Below are positions 1-7,492 of a DNA stretch of 33,507 nucleotides, one piece after another; the first letter of the stretch is position 1, and each line of letters begins with the position of its first letter. The notes beneath the pieces are model-generated. The model searched no databases. It saw only the letters and a program-made list of their open reading frames with translations, and was not told the origin of the DNA. Origin of the DNA: Kofleriaceae bacterium (GTDB lineage: Bacteria; Myxococcota_A; Polyangia; Haliangiales; Haliangiaceae). A program made the translations under genes and the position numbers. Location: NCBI GenBank assembly GCA_046597055.1, contig JBKJLC010000125.1:1-33507 (forward strand). The letters are read 5' to 3'.

Positions 1-155
1 AGCCCGGCCTCGCGCAGCCCGGCCATGGTCCGGCGCACCACCGCCGCGTTGCCCCCGCCCTGCTGGGCCAGCTCGTCGGACGTGAGCGGCCGCCCGGCCT
101 CGGCCATGTGCAGGAGCTCGTGGAGCGTCATCGACAGCCGCGAGTCGCGTTTCAT
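1..155 (-). CDS. Rrf2-family transcriptional regulator, 5' part only (runs off window start)
   Basis: Not in the ORF track. Manual translation from ATG at 155 gives MKRDSRLSMTLHELLHMAEAGRPLTSDELAQQGGGNAAVVRRTMAGLREAG, matching the Rrf2 winged-HTH N-terminus (SxxLHxLLHM...TSExLA...NxxVVRRxMAGL). Confidence 0.85.
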   Translation of the reverse strand, partial: MKRDSRLSMTLHELLHMAEAGRPLTSDELAQQGGGNAAVVRRTMAGLREAG

Positions 156-175
156 GTTACCTGGTTTGCTACATG
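153..175. promoter_or_regulatory. Imperfect palindrome overlapping the Rrf2 start codon; putative autoregulatory operator
   Basis: The minus strand reads CATGTAGC-N7-GTAACATG, an AT-richer dyad in GC-rich DNA. It resembles the TGTAAC-Nx-GTTACA dyads bound by HypR/YwnA-type Rrf2 proteins. Confidence 0.5.
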
Positions 176-410
176 AACCGGCCGTCGTCAAGGGCAGCCA
201 GTCGCGGCGGTCGGGCCGGCGCGCCGATGGCGCCGCCTCCCGGCGGTCCGGAGTCGAGCCGGCGGTGAGGCTCCTGCCGCCCGAGGTGCTGGCACCCGGG
301 TGGGCTCGGCCCGTGCGCGGTCATACGCGCTGTCTGCAAAAAAGCATAAATCGTCACTCCCGAGGAATCTCGCGGCGGGGACGCTCGTAGACTGGAGCCG
401 GGAGGGAACC

Positions 411-2417
411 ATGGGATCCAGGGAGTGGACGCTGGCAACGGAGGCGGGCGGGAGCGGGGCGGAGCCGGCGCGACGGAGCATCGCGCCCGGGAAGGTGACC
501 CGGCGGGGCGCCTACCGGTCGCCGGCCCGACGCGCGAGCGACGACGGGCGCGGGGTCGCCACCGGCGGCCTCGACGACGGGCGCGACGAGGCGGGCCCCC
601 CGCCGACGATCCACGACGTCGCCACCGTCGCGGTCGAGCGCAAGGGTGGCGGCGCGCCGGTCGACGCCGGCGTGGCGACCCAGGTCGGCGCGCACCTGGG
701 CGCCGACCTGTCGGGCGTGCGCGTGCACACCGATCCGATGGCGCAAGGCGCCAGCGCCGCGATGGGCGCGCGCGCGTTCGCCTACGGCAACGACGTCTTC
801 CTCGGCGCCGGCGAGAGCGGCGGCGACCTCGGGCTCATGGCCCACGAGCTGACCCACGTCGTGCAACAGGGCGCGGCCGGTCGGCTCACGCCGCAGCGGC
901 GGGTCGAGGTCGGCGATGCCAACAGCCCGGCCGAGGCCGAAGCCGACGCGGTCGCCAGCGCGGTCACCGCCGGCCCGGCGGCGCCGACCGCGCTCATCGT
1001 CGACGACGGCCCGGTCGCGCCGGGGCAGATGCTCAAGAGCACGTTCATGGAGGTGCTCCGGACCGCGGTGTCGGCCGCCGCCGCCGACGAGCTCGGGCCG
1101 CTGGGCTCGGTGGTCGGGTGCCCGTACATCGATCAGTACTTCGCGCGCTACCGCGGGCTGCCGGCGTCGCAGGGCGAGGCGCTGCTGAAGCGGTTCGCGC
1201 CGGCCACCCGGAGCGCGCGGACCGCCGAGGACATGATGGCGCCGGTGGTCGCGCGCGTGCGCGACGGGGTTCGGCAGTGGAAGGACACCGGTCAGCCGCC
1301 GGCCGACCTGGTCGCCGCCGAGCCCGAGGCGGCCGCGGCGGCGGTCGCAGCCGCGCCGACCGCGACGCCGTCCGGGCCCGGGGCCGCGCCCAAGCTCGCC
1401 GAGCCCGGCAGCCCGGCCGATCAGGTCAGCCGGCTCGGGACCGGTCAGGCGCTCGACGGCGCGACCGCCGCCCGCATGGAGGACGCGTTCGGCGAGAGCT
1501 TCGGCGCGGTGCGGATCCACACCGACCCGCGGGCGGCCCGGCTGGCCGACGAGCAGGACGCCCACGCCGTCACGATCGGGCAGCACGTCGCCTTTGCCAG
1601 CGGCGCGTTCCGGCCGGGCACGGTCGAAGGCGACGCGCTGATCGCCCACGAGCTCGCCCACGTCAGCCAGCAGGCCGGCGCCGGCCAGGCCGAGCACGCG
1701 GTCCAGCGCAAGGTCACCGACGACAGCGCCGCCGAGGCCAGCGCCGACGGCGCGGCGCGCGGCGTGCTGTCGATGCTCTACGGCGGGGCGTCGCGCGCGA
1801 TGCGCTCGGTCCGCGACGGGCTGACGACCGACGTCGGGCTCAAGCGCTGCAGCAAGAGCGGCGGCGGCGGGGCCGCGGCGGCGCGACCGACGCCGGTCGC
1901 CGTGCGCAACGGCCCCACCCACGCGCCGATCGACAGCGGCGACCGGGTCGGCATGGCCATCGCAATCACCATCACCTCGTCGACCGGCGTCGACGCCGAC
2001 ATGGCCGGGATCGAGGACAGCGAGCAGGTCGGCCTGTCGTACAACCACACCGGCTCGTGCGCGACGCTGCCGCCGCTGCCGTCCAACCAGAGCGGGTTCA
2101 TGCCAGGCCATCCGATCCCGGACGACCAGCACGGCTGGTCGCGCGCCGCGGTGCTCGACCGCGCCGACAACCACGGCGGCACCGGCAGCTTCGAGAAGCA
2201 GCAGCTCGACATCTGGAAGGACCCGACCGGCGGCGTCACCACCCCGGTCGCGATCCCGAGCTCGGGCTACATCATCAAGCGCATCATCACCAAGCTGGCG
2301 GGCACCAAGGTCATGTTCCGCACCGAGAAGCGCCCGGCGGCGGTCACCGTGAACGGCTACAGCACCACGGCCGGACCGTCGGCGACCCAGGGTGACGACG
2401 TCGAGGCGCGGGCATGA
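411..2417 (+). CDS. Tandem DUF4157 (eCIS-core-like) domain protein with unrecognised C-terminal domain, 668 aa
   Basis: ATG at 411 follows GGAGGG. Two DUF4157 copies: GADLSGVRVHTD...ARAFAYGNDVFL...LMAHELTHVVQQ and GESFGAVRIHTD...AHAVTIGQHVAF...LIAHELAHVSQQ, each followed by an ExxAD motif. An LKRC junction precedes a beta-rich C-terminal tip. Confidence 0.85.
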   Translation: MGSREWTLATEAGGSGAEPARRSIAPGKVTRRGAYRSPARRASDDGRGVATGGLDDGRDEAGPPPTIHDVATVAVERKGGGAPVDAGVATQVGAHLGADLSGVRVHTDPMAQGASAAMGARAFAYGNDVFLGAGESGGDLGLMAHELTHVVQQGAAGRLTPQRRVEVGDANSPAEAEADAVASAVTAGPAAPTALIVDDGPVAPGQMLKSTFMEVLRTAVSAAAADELGPLGSVVGCPYIDQYFARYRGLPASQGEALLKRFAPATRSARTAEDMMAPVVARVRDGVRQWKDTGQPPADLVAAEPEAAAAAVAAAPTATPSGPGAAPKLAEPGSPADQVSRLGTGQALDGATAARMEDAFGESFGAVRIHTDPRAARLADEQDAHAVTIGQHVAFASGAFRPGTVEGDALIAHELAHVSQQAGAGQAEHAVQRKVTDDSAAEASADGAARGVLSMLYGGASRAMRSVRDGLTTDVGLKRCSKSGGGGAAAARPTPVAVRNGPTHAPIDSGDRVGMAIAITITSSTGVDADMAGIEDSEQVGLSYNHTGSCATLPPLPSNQSGFMPGHPIPDDQHGWSRAAVLDRADNHGGTGSFEKQQLDIWKDPTGGVTTPVAIPSSGYIIKRIITKLAGTKVMFRTEKRPAAVTVNGYSTTAGPSATQGDDVEARA

Positions 2418-3022
2418 CGAGCGGCGCCGTCACGGCCGCGGCGTGGGCCCGGTGGATCTGGTGGATCGCCGTCGGCGCCGCGGGCTGTAACTCGGGAACC
2501 AAGCCGACCACGGCGGAAGGGACAGCGATCATGACGCAACCGAAGGACGCGGGGACCACGGGACTGGCTGTACGCGAGGGCGATCGGATCGTGCCGGCCC
2601 CGGCCGCCGACGAGGCGGTCGCGCGCGGCTATCCGCAGTGGGCCGACAAGGGCGCGGTCCACGACGGCGCGCGCCTGACGGTGATGACCGGCAGGCTCGC
2701 CACCACGGTCGGTGAGCCGGTACGCATCATCCACGTCGCCGAGGTGACCACGCCGGGGCGCTCGGTCTACGTCATGGGCCCCAAACCGATCCTCGGCGAG
2801 CACGTCGACGGCACCCTGGTCACCCCGTCGGCGCCGGCGACCGGCGATCCCCTGGCGCCCACCGGCGTGTACGACGGGCGGGTCCAGCCGTCACCCGCCG
2901 TCGATCACAACTACGAGATCACGACGTACACGTTCGACACGCCGGGGGCTCACACCGTGTACTGGCAGATGGGGCCACTGCGCTCGAACACGCTCACGTT
3001 CGACGTCGCCCCGCGGACGTAG
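2414..3022 (+). CDS. Hypothetical lipoprotein translationally coupled to the DUF4157 gene (candidate immunity/partner)
   Basis: ATGA overlap at 2414-2417. Hydrophobic N-terminus with lipobox-like AAGC. Beta-rich body ending YTFDTPGAHTVYWQMGPLRSNTLTFDV (Ig-like). Confidence 0.7.
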   Translation: MTSGAVTAAAWARWIWWIAVGAAGCNSGTKPTTAEGTAIMTQPKDAGTTGLAVREGDRIVPAPAADEAVARGYPQWADKGAVHDGARLTVMTGRLATTVGEPVRIIHVAEVTTPGRSVYVMGPKPILGEHVDGTLVTPSAPATGDPLAPTGVYDGRVQPSPAVDHNYEITTYTFDTPGAHTVYWQMGPLRSNTLTFDVAPRT

Positions 3023-3230
3023 GTCGGCAACCGCCGGGCCCGCGCGGGCGCGCCGAGGCCGACGCCACGGCGGGCGCAGCCCGACGCCGCGCGCGACGAG
3101 GACCCGCGCCCGGCCGCCTGCACGGGGAACCCGGCGCTGGGTCGCCAGGGAAGTACGTCCCCCAGCGGACACCGGCTATAGTCCGCCGGTAGGCAGGTCG
3201 TCGCCGCGGGGGCGGCGGTCGCCGGGACGC

Positions 3231-4622
3231 ATGCTGACCGACGAACAAGAGACCGAGCGGATGGGGGAGCTCCTCCGTTACGACGTGCTCGATACCGAGG
3301 CCGAGCCGAGCTTCGATCGAGTCACCCAGCTCGCCACCCACATCTTCGGGGTCCCGATCGCGCTGGTATCGCTGGTCGATCACGAGCGGCAATGGTTCAA
3401 GGCGTGCATCGGGCTGCCCCTGCGGGAGACGACGCGCGAGGTGGCGTTCTGTGCCCACGCGCTCGGGCGGTCCACCCCGCTGGTGATCGAAGACACCCAC
3501 GCCGATCCGCGCTTTCGCAACAACCCGCTGGTCACCGGCCCGCCGTTCATCAGGTTCTACGCCGGTGCGCCGCTCACGACGCCCGCTGGCCACGACCTGG
3601 GGACGCTGTGCATCATCGACCGGGCGCCGCGCGCGTTCGACGAGCACGCCCGGACGCTGCTGATGAGCCTCGCGGCCGTGGTGATGGACGTGCTCGAGCT
3701 GCGGGTGCGGACGCGGGAGCTCGACAGCGCCCGCGCGGCCCTGCAGCAGACCACCGACAAGCTGACCACGGTGCTCGACAACATGAACGAGGCCGTCGTC
3801 GCGATCGATAGCGAGCGCCGGACCGTGCTGTCGAACCGGGCGGCCCGGAACAGCCTGGGTGACGTCGGCCAGTCGTCCGACCCGGACCGGTGGCTGGCCC
3901 GCACCGACGTGTTCTTGCCCGACCAGATCACGCCGTACCCGGCCGAGCGCCTGCCGCTCATCCGGGCGCTCGCCGGTGAGAGCACGCGCGGCGAGCTGCT
4001 CTGTGTCCGGGGCCCGGACGGCGCGCGCTGGCACAGCGTGAACGCCAGCCCGCTGCGCGACGCGGGTGGCGCGATCGTCGGCGGGGTCTCGGTCGGGCGC
4101 GACGTGACCGACGCCCACGAGCTCGCCCGCAGGCTCGAGCACGCCGCCATCCACGACGAGCTGACCGGCGTCCTGAATCGCCGTGGCTTCATCACGCTGG
4201 CGACGCCGATGCTGGCGATGGCGCGCCGCACGCGCCGGCCCTTGCTGCTGCTGTACTTCGACCTCGATGGGCTCAAAGCGATCAACGACGAGCTCGGCCA
4301 TGCCGCTGGCGACCTTTTGATCCGCGACGCCGCGCAGGTCCTGCTCGGCACGCTGCGGGATGTCGACCTGGTTGCGCGCATCGGCGGCGACGAGCTGGTC
4401 GTGCTGTGCGCCGAGGCGAGCGTGGCGAGCGCCGCCGCGGTGATGGCGCGCCTGGCCGAGGTGCTGGCCACGGCCAATCAAGCGCCGCGACCGGCGCCGA
4501 TCTCGTGGAGCGTCGGCATGGCGACCTTCGATCCCGACCGGCCGGCCACGCTCGACGAGCTGCTGAGGACTGCCGATCGCGCGATGTACGCCGAGAAGCA
4601 GCGGCGCCCGCCCCGACCCTGA
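3231..4622 (+). CDS. GAF-PAS-GGDEF diguanylate cyclase
   Basis: GAF (YDVLDTEAEPSFDRVT...RQWFKA...FYAGAPL...LGTLCIID), PAS (LDNMNEAVVAID), and GGDEF domain (HDELTGVLNRRGF, DLDGLKAINDELGHAAGD, RDVD I-site, RIGGDEL). Confidence 0.92.
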   Translation: MLTDEQETERMGELLRYDVLDTEAEPSFDRVTQLATHIFGVPIALVSLVDHERQWFKACIGLPLRETTREVAFCAHALGRSTPLVIEDTHADPRFRNNPLVTGPPFIRFYAGAPLTTPAGHDLGTLCIIDRAPRAFDEHARTLLMSLAAVVMDVLELRVRTRELDSARAALQQTTDKLTTVLDNMNEAVVAIDSERRTVLSNRAARNSLGDVGQSSDPDRWLARTDVFLPDQITPYPAERLPLIRALAGESTRGELLCVRGPDGARWHSVNASPLRDAGGAIVGGVSVGRDVTDAHELARRLEHAAIHDELTGVLNRRGFITLATPMLAMARRTRRPLLLLYFDLDGLKAINDELGHAAGDLLIRDAAQVLLGTLRDVDLVARIGGDELVVLCAEASVASAAAVMARLAEVLATANQAPRPAPISWSVGMATFDPDRPATLDELLRTADRAMYAEKQRRPPRP

Positions 4623-4633
4623 CCGGGTGGTGC

Positions 4634-4664
4634 CGGCCCCCAGGCGGCGCCACCCTGGGGGCCG
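4634..4664. terminator. GC-rich 11-bp inverted repeat after the diguanylate cyclase
   Basis: CGGCCCCCAGG (4634-4644) and CCTGGGGGCCG (4654-4664) with a 9-nt loop. There is no U-tract, so terminator function is uncertain. Confidence 0.4.
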
Positions 4665-4701
4665 AGGGCCCCCAGGCCGGGATGGATCCGCGGCCAAGCA
4701 C

Positions 4702-4733
4702 TTGACATCGCAGCGCGATGCGTTGGTACGCAT
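4702..4733 (+). promoter_or_regulatory. Putative sigma70-type promoter for the CAP gene with overlapping dyads
   Basis: Perfect TTGACA at 4702-4707 with only a weak -10 candidate. Dyads CATCGC-AGC-GCGATG (4706-4720) and ATGCGT-TGGT-ACGCAT (4718-4733). Confidence 0.35.
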
Positions 4734-4754
4734 GCTGCTCGTGTCCAGGCGGAC

Positions 4755-5288
4755 ATGCTCCCGTCGATGTCGGTGGTTCACGCTCCTTCCGGTTCAACCG
4801 TCCCTGCCCGCCGCGGCCGCTCGGTGACGACCCTGGCCCTGGCCGGGTTGATCGCGGGTCTGGCCGGGTGTGGCAGCGACGATGGCGGCACGGGAGGGGA
4901 ATCCAGTGACCTCGCGTTCTGCGTGGAGGAGACCAATCGCCTGCGCGCCACGGTGGGACGGCCGGCGGTGACGCGGTCGAGCGCGCTCGAGGCCTACGCC
5001 GCGACGGGGGCCCAGCAGGACACCGACAACATGGAGGCCCACGGCCACTTCGGCGACACCAACGGGGGCGGCATCGCGTTCGCCGAGAACACCTGCCCGG
5101 CCTGGCTGGGCTGGAACGTCCAGGGCACCGTGCGCGACACGGTGGCGGCCTGCCTCGAAGCGTTCTGGAGCGAGGGCCCCGGCGGCGGGCACTACGACAA
5201 CATGGTCGGCAACCACGGCGCGCTCGGCTGCGGGATCTACCTGACGCCGTCGGGCGGCATCACGATCATGCAAGACTTCGGGCGCTGA
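4755..5288 (+). CDS. CAP/SCP-domain lipoprotein (true start may be slightly downstream)
   Basis: Lipobox LAGC. CAP motifs CVEETNRLRA, HGHF, AEN and GGGHYDNM...LGCGI. Confidence 0.8.
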   Translation: MLPSMSVVHAPSGSTVPARRGRSVTTLALAGLIAGLAGCGSDDGGTGGESSDLAFCVEETNRLRATVGRPAVTRSSALEAYAATGAQQDTDNMEAHGHFGDTNGGGIAFAENTCPAWLGWNVQGTVRDTVAACLEAFWSEGPGGGHYDNMVGNHGALGCGIYLTPSGGITIMQDFGR

Positions 5289-5299
5289 GCGCAGGGCTG

Positions 5300-5333
5300 C
5301 GGTCCGGCGCGGCATCCAGGCCGCGCCCGACCG
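5300..5333. terminator. Hairpin between convergent genes; probable bidirectional terminator
   Basis: CGGTC-C-GGCGCGGC [ATCCAG] GCCGCGCC-C-GACCG, located between the stops at 5288 (+) and 5396 (-). Confidence 0.5.
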
Positions 5334-5395
5334 ATCGAAGGGAGGGTGGGATTCGAAAGAATCACAGCCGCTGACCGGGCCGCCGACGGGCTCGA

Positions 5396-6961
5396 TCAGC
5401 GCAGGTAGGCCGGGGCCTGGACCGCCGAGCGACACTGCCAGTTGAAGCTGCGCAGCTGACCGGCCTCGCCCTTGCTGGCCAGGCCGGCGAGGAGCTGGTC
5501 GGCGGCGGTGCGGAGCGCGCCGTCGGTGCGGCCGCTGTAATGCCACGCCATCGCGACCAGGTAGACCGACTCGCCCCAGTGCTCGTCGTACTCGTCGGGC
5601 TCGCTGGTGCCGCCGAGCGCCATCCAGTAGTACGGCTTGCCGGTCGAATCGCGGCCGTTGCGGGCGACCGCGCGACCGAGCTGGACGAGGTGGCTGCGGA
5701 CCGCGGTGGCGCGGGCGCCGCCGATCCGCAGGGCGTGGGCCTCGAGACCGTCGGCGAGGATCGCGCTCATCCACGGGCTGCACCCGGTGGTGCCGTAGGA
5801 CTCGCCGTGGGCCTCGGCGGTGTGGGTGAAGCAGCGCGCGGTGGCGTCGGAACCGCTGCGGCTGTGGTCCTGCATCGCGAGGTACGCGTCGACGGCCTGG
5901 TTGGCCCAGCCAGTGAATGTCGCGGCCTCGTCGTCCGAGACGATCGCCGCCCACTCGTACGCGAGCAGGCTGAAGCCGGCGTGGCGCTCGGTCCAGAAGT
6001 CGGCGGCGCCGGCATAGCCGGGGTCGGTCCACAGGCCGTGGGCGCGGGTCGCGACGTCCTCGGCGGCCTCGCGGAACCGGTCGTCACCGGTCAGGAGGTA
6101 GTGCAGCGCCATGCCCTGGCTGTAGTGGTACTTGAGGTCGTCGGCGGCGCCGGGCACGCCGATGCGGGTCGCGGTGCCGGTGCCGGTGATGCCGGCGCGG
6201 TAGATCGCGGCCTCGCGGTAGGCCGACGACAGCGGCGCCGGATCGGCGGTGATGGCGTAGCCGCGGTACATCGCGGTGGTGCGATCGAAGAGCCACACGT
6301 CGCGGCTGGCCTGACCGGCGAGGAAGGCCTCGGTGTTCCAGCGCGCGTAATCGCAGACGCCGCGCCACGCGTCGAGCGCGGTGCCCTGGGTCTGCGCCTG
6401 CGCGAGCAGCGGTCCCATCACGCCGCTCGCCGCCAGCCAGGCCGCGGGCAGCACCGCCCACACCTTGGGACCGGCGGTGCCGTCGGCGGCCACCAGCGTG
6501 TCGGCTACCGGGACCGCCGCGCGATCGCCGCCGCCGGCCTCACCGACCGCGATCGCCAGCGAGGTCTCGCCGGCGAGCGCGAGCTGGACCTGGATCTGGA
6601 CGCTGCGCACCGAGCCGTCGGGGTGCATCGCCAGCGCGCGCCGGTGGGCGGCGAGGTCGGTGCCGCCGTGGACGACGCGGACCTGGCTGGCGTCGTCGAG
6701 CATGCCGACCGGCAGCGGGATGGCGAAGTTGACCACCTGGGTGCCGCTCTGGCCGGAGGCCGGGACCAGGCGGACCGTGAGGTTGGGATCGATCGGCGTG
6801 CCCGGTGGATCGCCGGGCGGATCGCCAGGGCCGACATCGTCGTCGCCAGCGCCGGGATTGCTGACGTCGTCGCCACCGTTGGTGATGACGCCGGTACACG
6901 CGCCGCTCAGCGCCATCACCGACAGGAGCAAGGCCGCGCCGGGCGCGTGGTTGGTTCTCAT
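5396..6961 (-). CDS. Secreted lipoprotein, PcRGLX/YetA-like N-terminal beta domain plus helical toroid; putative carbohydrate-active enzyme (lyase-like), 521 aa
   Basis: Start MRTNHAPG with lipobox SGAC. VNFAIPLPVG...LAMHPDGSVRSVQI resembles the N-terminal RIFT barrel of PcRGLX-like proteins. Helical repeats YSQGMALHYLLTGDDRFREAA and W/Y/E-rich motifs (FWTER, SPWM). Confidence 0.6.
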   Translation of the reverse strand: MRTNHAPGAALLLSVMALSGACTGVITNGGDDVSNPGAGDDDVGPGDPPGDPPGTPIDPNLTVRLVPASGQSGTQVVNFAIPLPVGMLDDASQVRVVHGGTDLAAHRRALAMHPDGSVRSVQIQVQLALAGETSLAIAVGEAGGGDRAAVPVADTLVAADGTAGPKVWAVLPAAWLAASGVMGPLLAQAQTQGTALDAWRGVCDYARWNTEAFLAGQASRDVWLFDRTTAMYRGYAITADPAPLSSAYREAAIYRAGITGTGTATRIGVPGAADDLKYHYSQGMALHYLLTGDDRFREAAEDVATRAHGLWTDPGYAGAADFWTERHAGFSLLAYEWAAIVSDDEAATFTGWANQAVDAYLAMQDHSRSGSDATARCFTHTAEAHGESYGTTGCSPWMSAILADGLEAHALRIGGARATAVRSHLVQLGRAVARNGRDSTGKPYYWMALGGTSEPDEYDEHWGESVYLVAMAWHYSGRTDGALRTAADQLLAGLASKGEAGQLRSFNWQCRSAVQAPAYLR

Positions 6962-7079
6962 CGGGGGACATTGTTGTAACGAGTAGCGCTCGGCGCCAGT
7001 GACCGCATGACAATTCATATGTGGTCAACGCATTTCCCACACACACACCCACAGCCCTCGCCCGTGTAACCATGCCGAC

Positions 7080-7442
7080 ATGCTGCGCTCGACTGCGCTC
7101 GCGTTGGGGTTGCTCGGACTCGCCGCCGCCTGCGGAGGTGACGGCGAAGACGTCCAAGATGGTGTGGTGATAGGTCCCGGCGGGCCCTACTTCCCGCCCG
7201 GCATGTTCTGCGATCAGGACGTGACCGGCCGCGCCCGCCGCCGACTCCGACGCGATCATCGGATCACTCCGCCGGGGCGGTGGCTGGGGCAATGGCGACG
7301 TGTTCCAGATCGACTTCGGCGGGGTGAGGCCGACCTGGCTAGCCCGCGCTGGCGCAGGCAGAGCGCCGTTCACACACCCTGCGGCGAAGGACAGACCGGG
7401 CCAAGCTACCGCGCTCCGGACCGCGACTGCCGGGCTGAATGA
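7080..7442 (+). pseudogene. Frameshifted and truncated remnant of a lipoprotein gene (or local sequencing error)
   Basis: Frame 0 gives signal/lipobox LAAAC...PYFPPGMFCDQDVT. A +1 shift near 7227 continues AAPAADSDAIIGSLRRGGGWGNGDVFQIDF, a coherent motif I recall from a family of myxobacterial/proteobacterial secreted hypothetical proteins. Protein-like sequence degrades after about 7320. Confidence 0.55.
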
Positions 7443-7492
7443 GCCCGTGATCGTTCCCCGGCCGGGACACGGCGCATGGTATGGGGGGGGCC

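Noticed and set aside
290..305. TGGCAC upstream of the DUF4157 gene as a sigma54 promoter
   Set aside because: The downstream GC is one base out of the required GG-N10-GC spacing.
3023..3230. Possible c-di-GMP riboswitch upstream of the diguanylate cyclase
   Set aside because: Only generic GC pairing; I could not find the conserved GEMM core features.
5330..5395. Complete tRNA gene
   Set aside because: Only a 16-nt T-loop-like match; no D-arm, anticodon arm, full T-stem or CCA.
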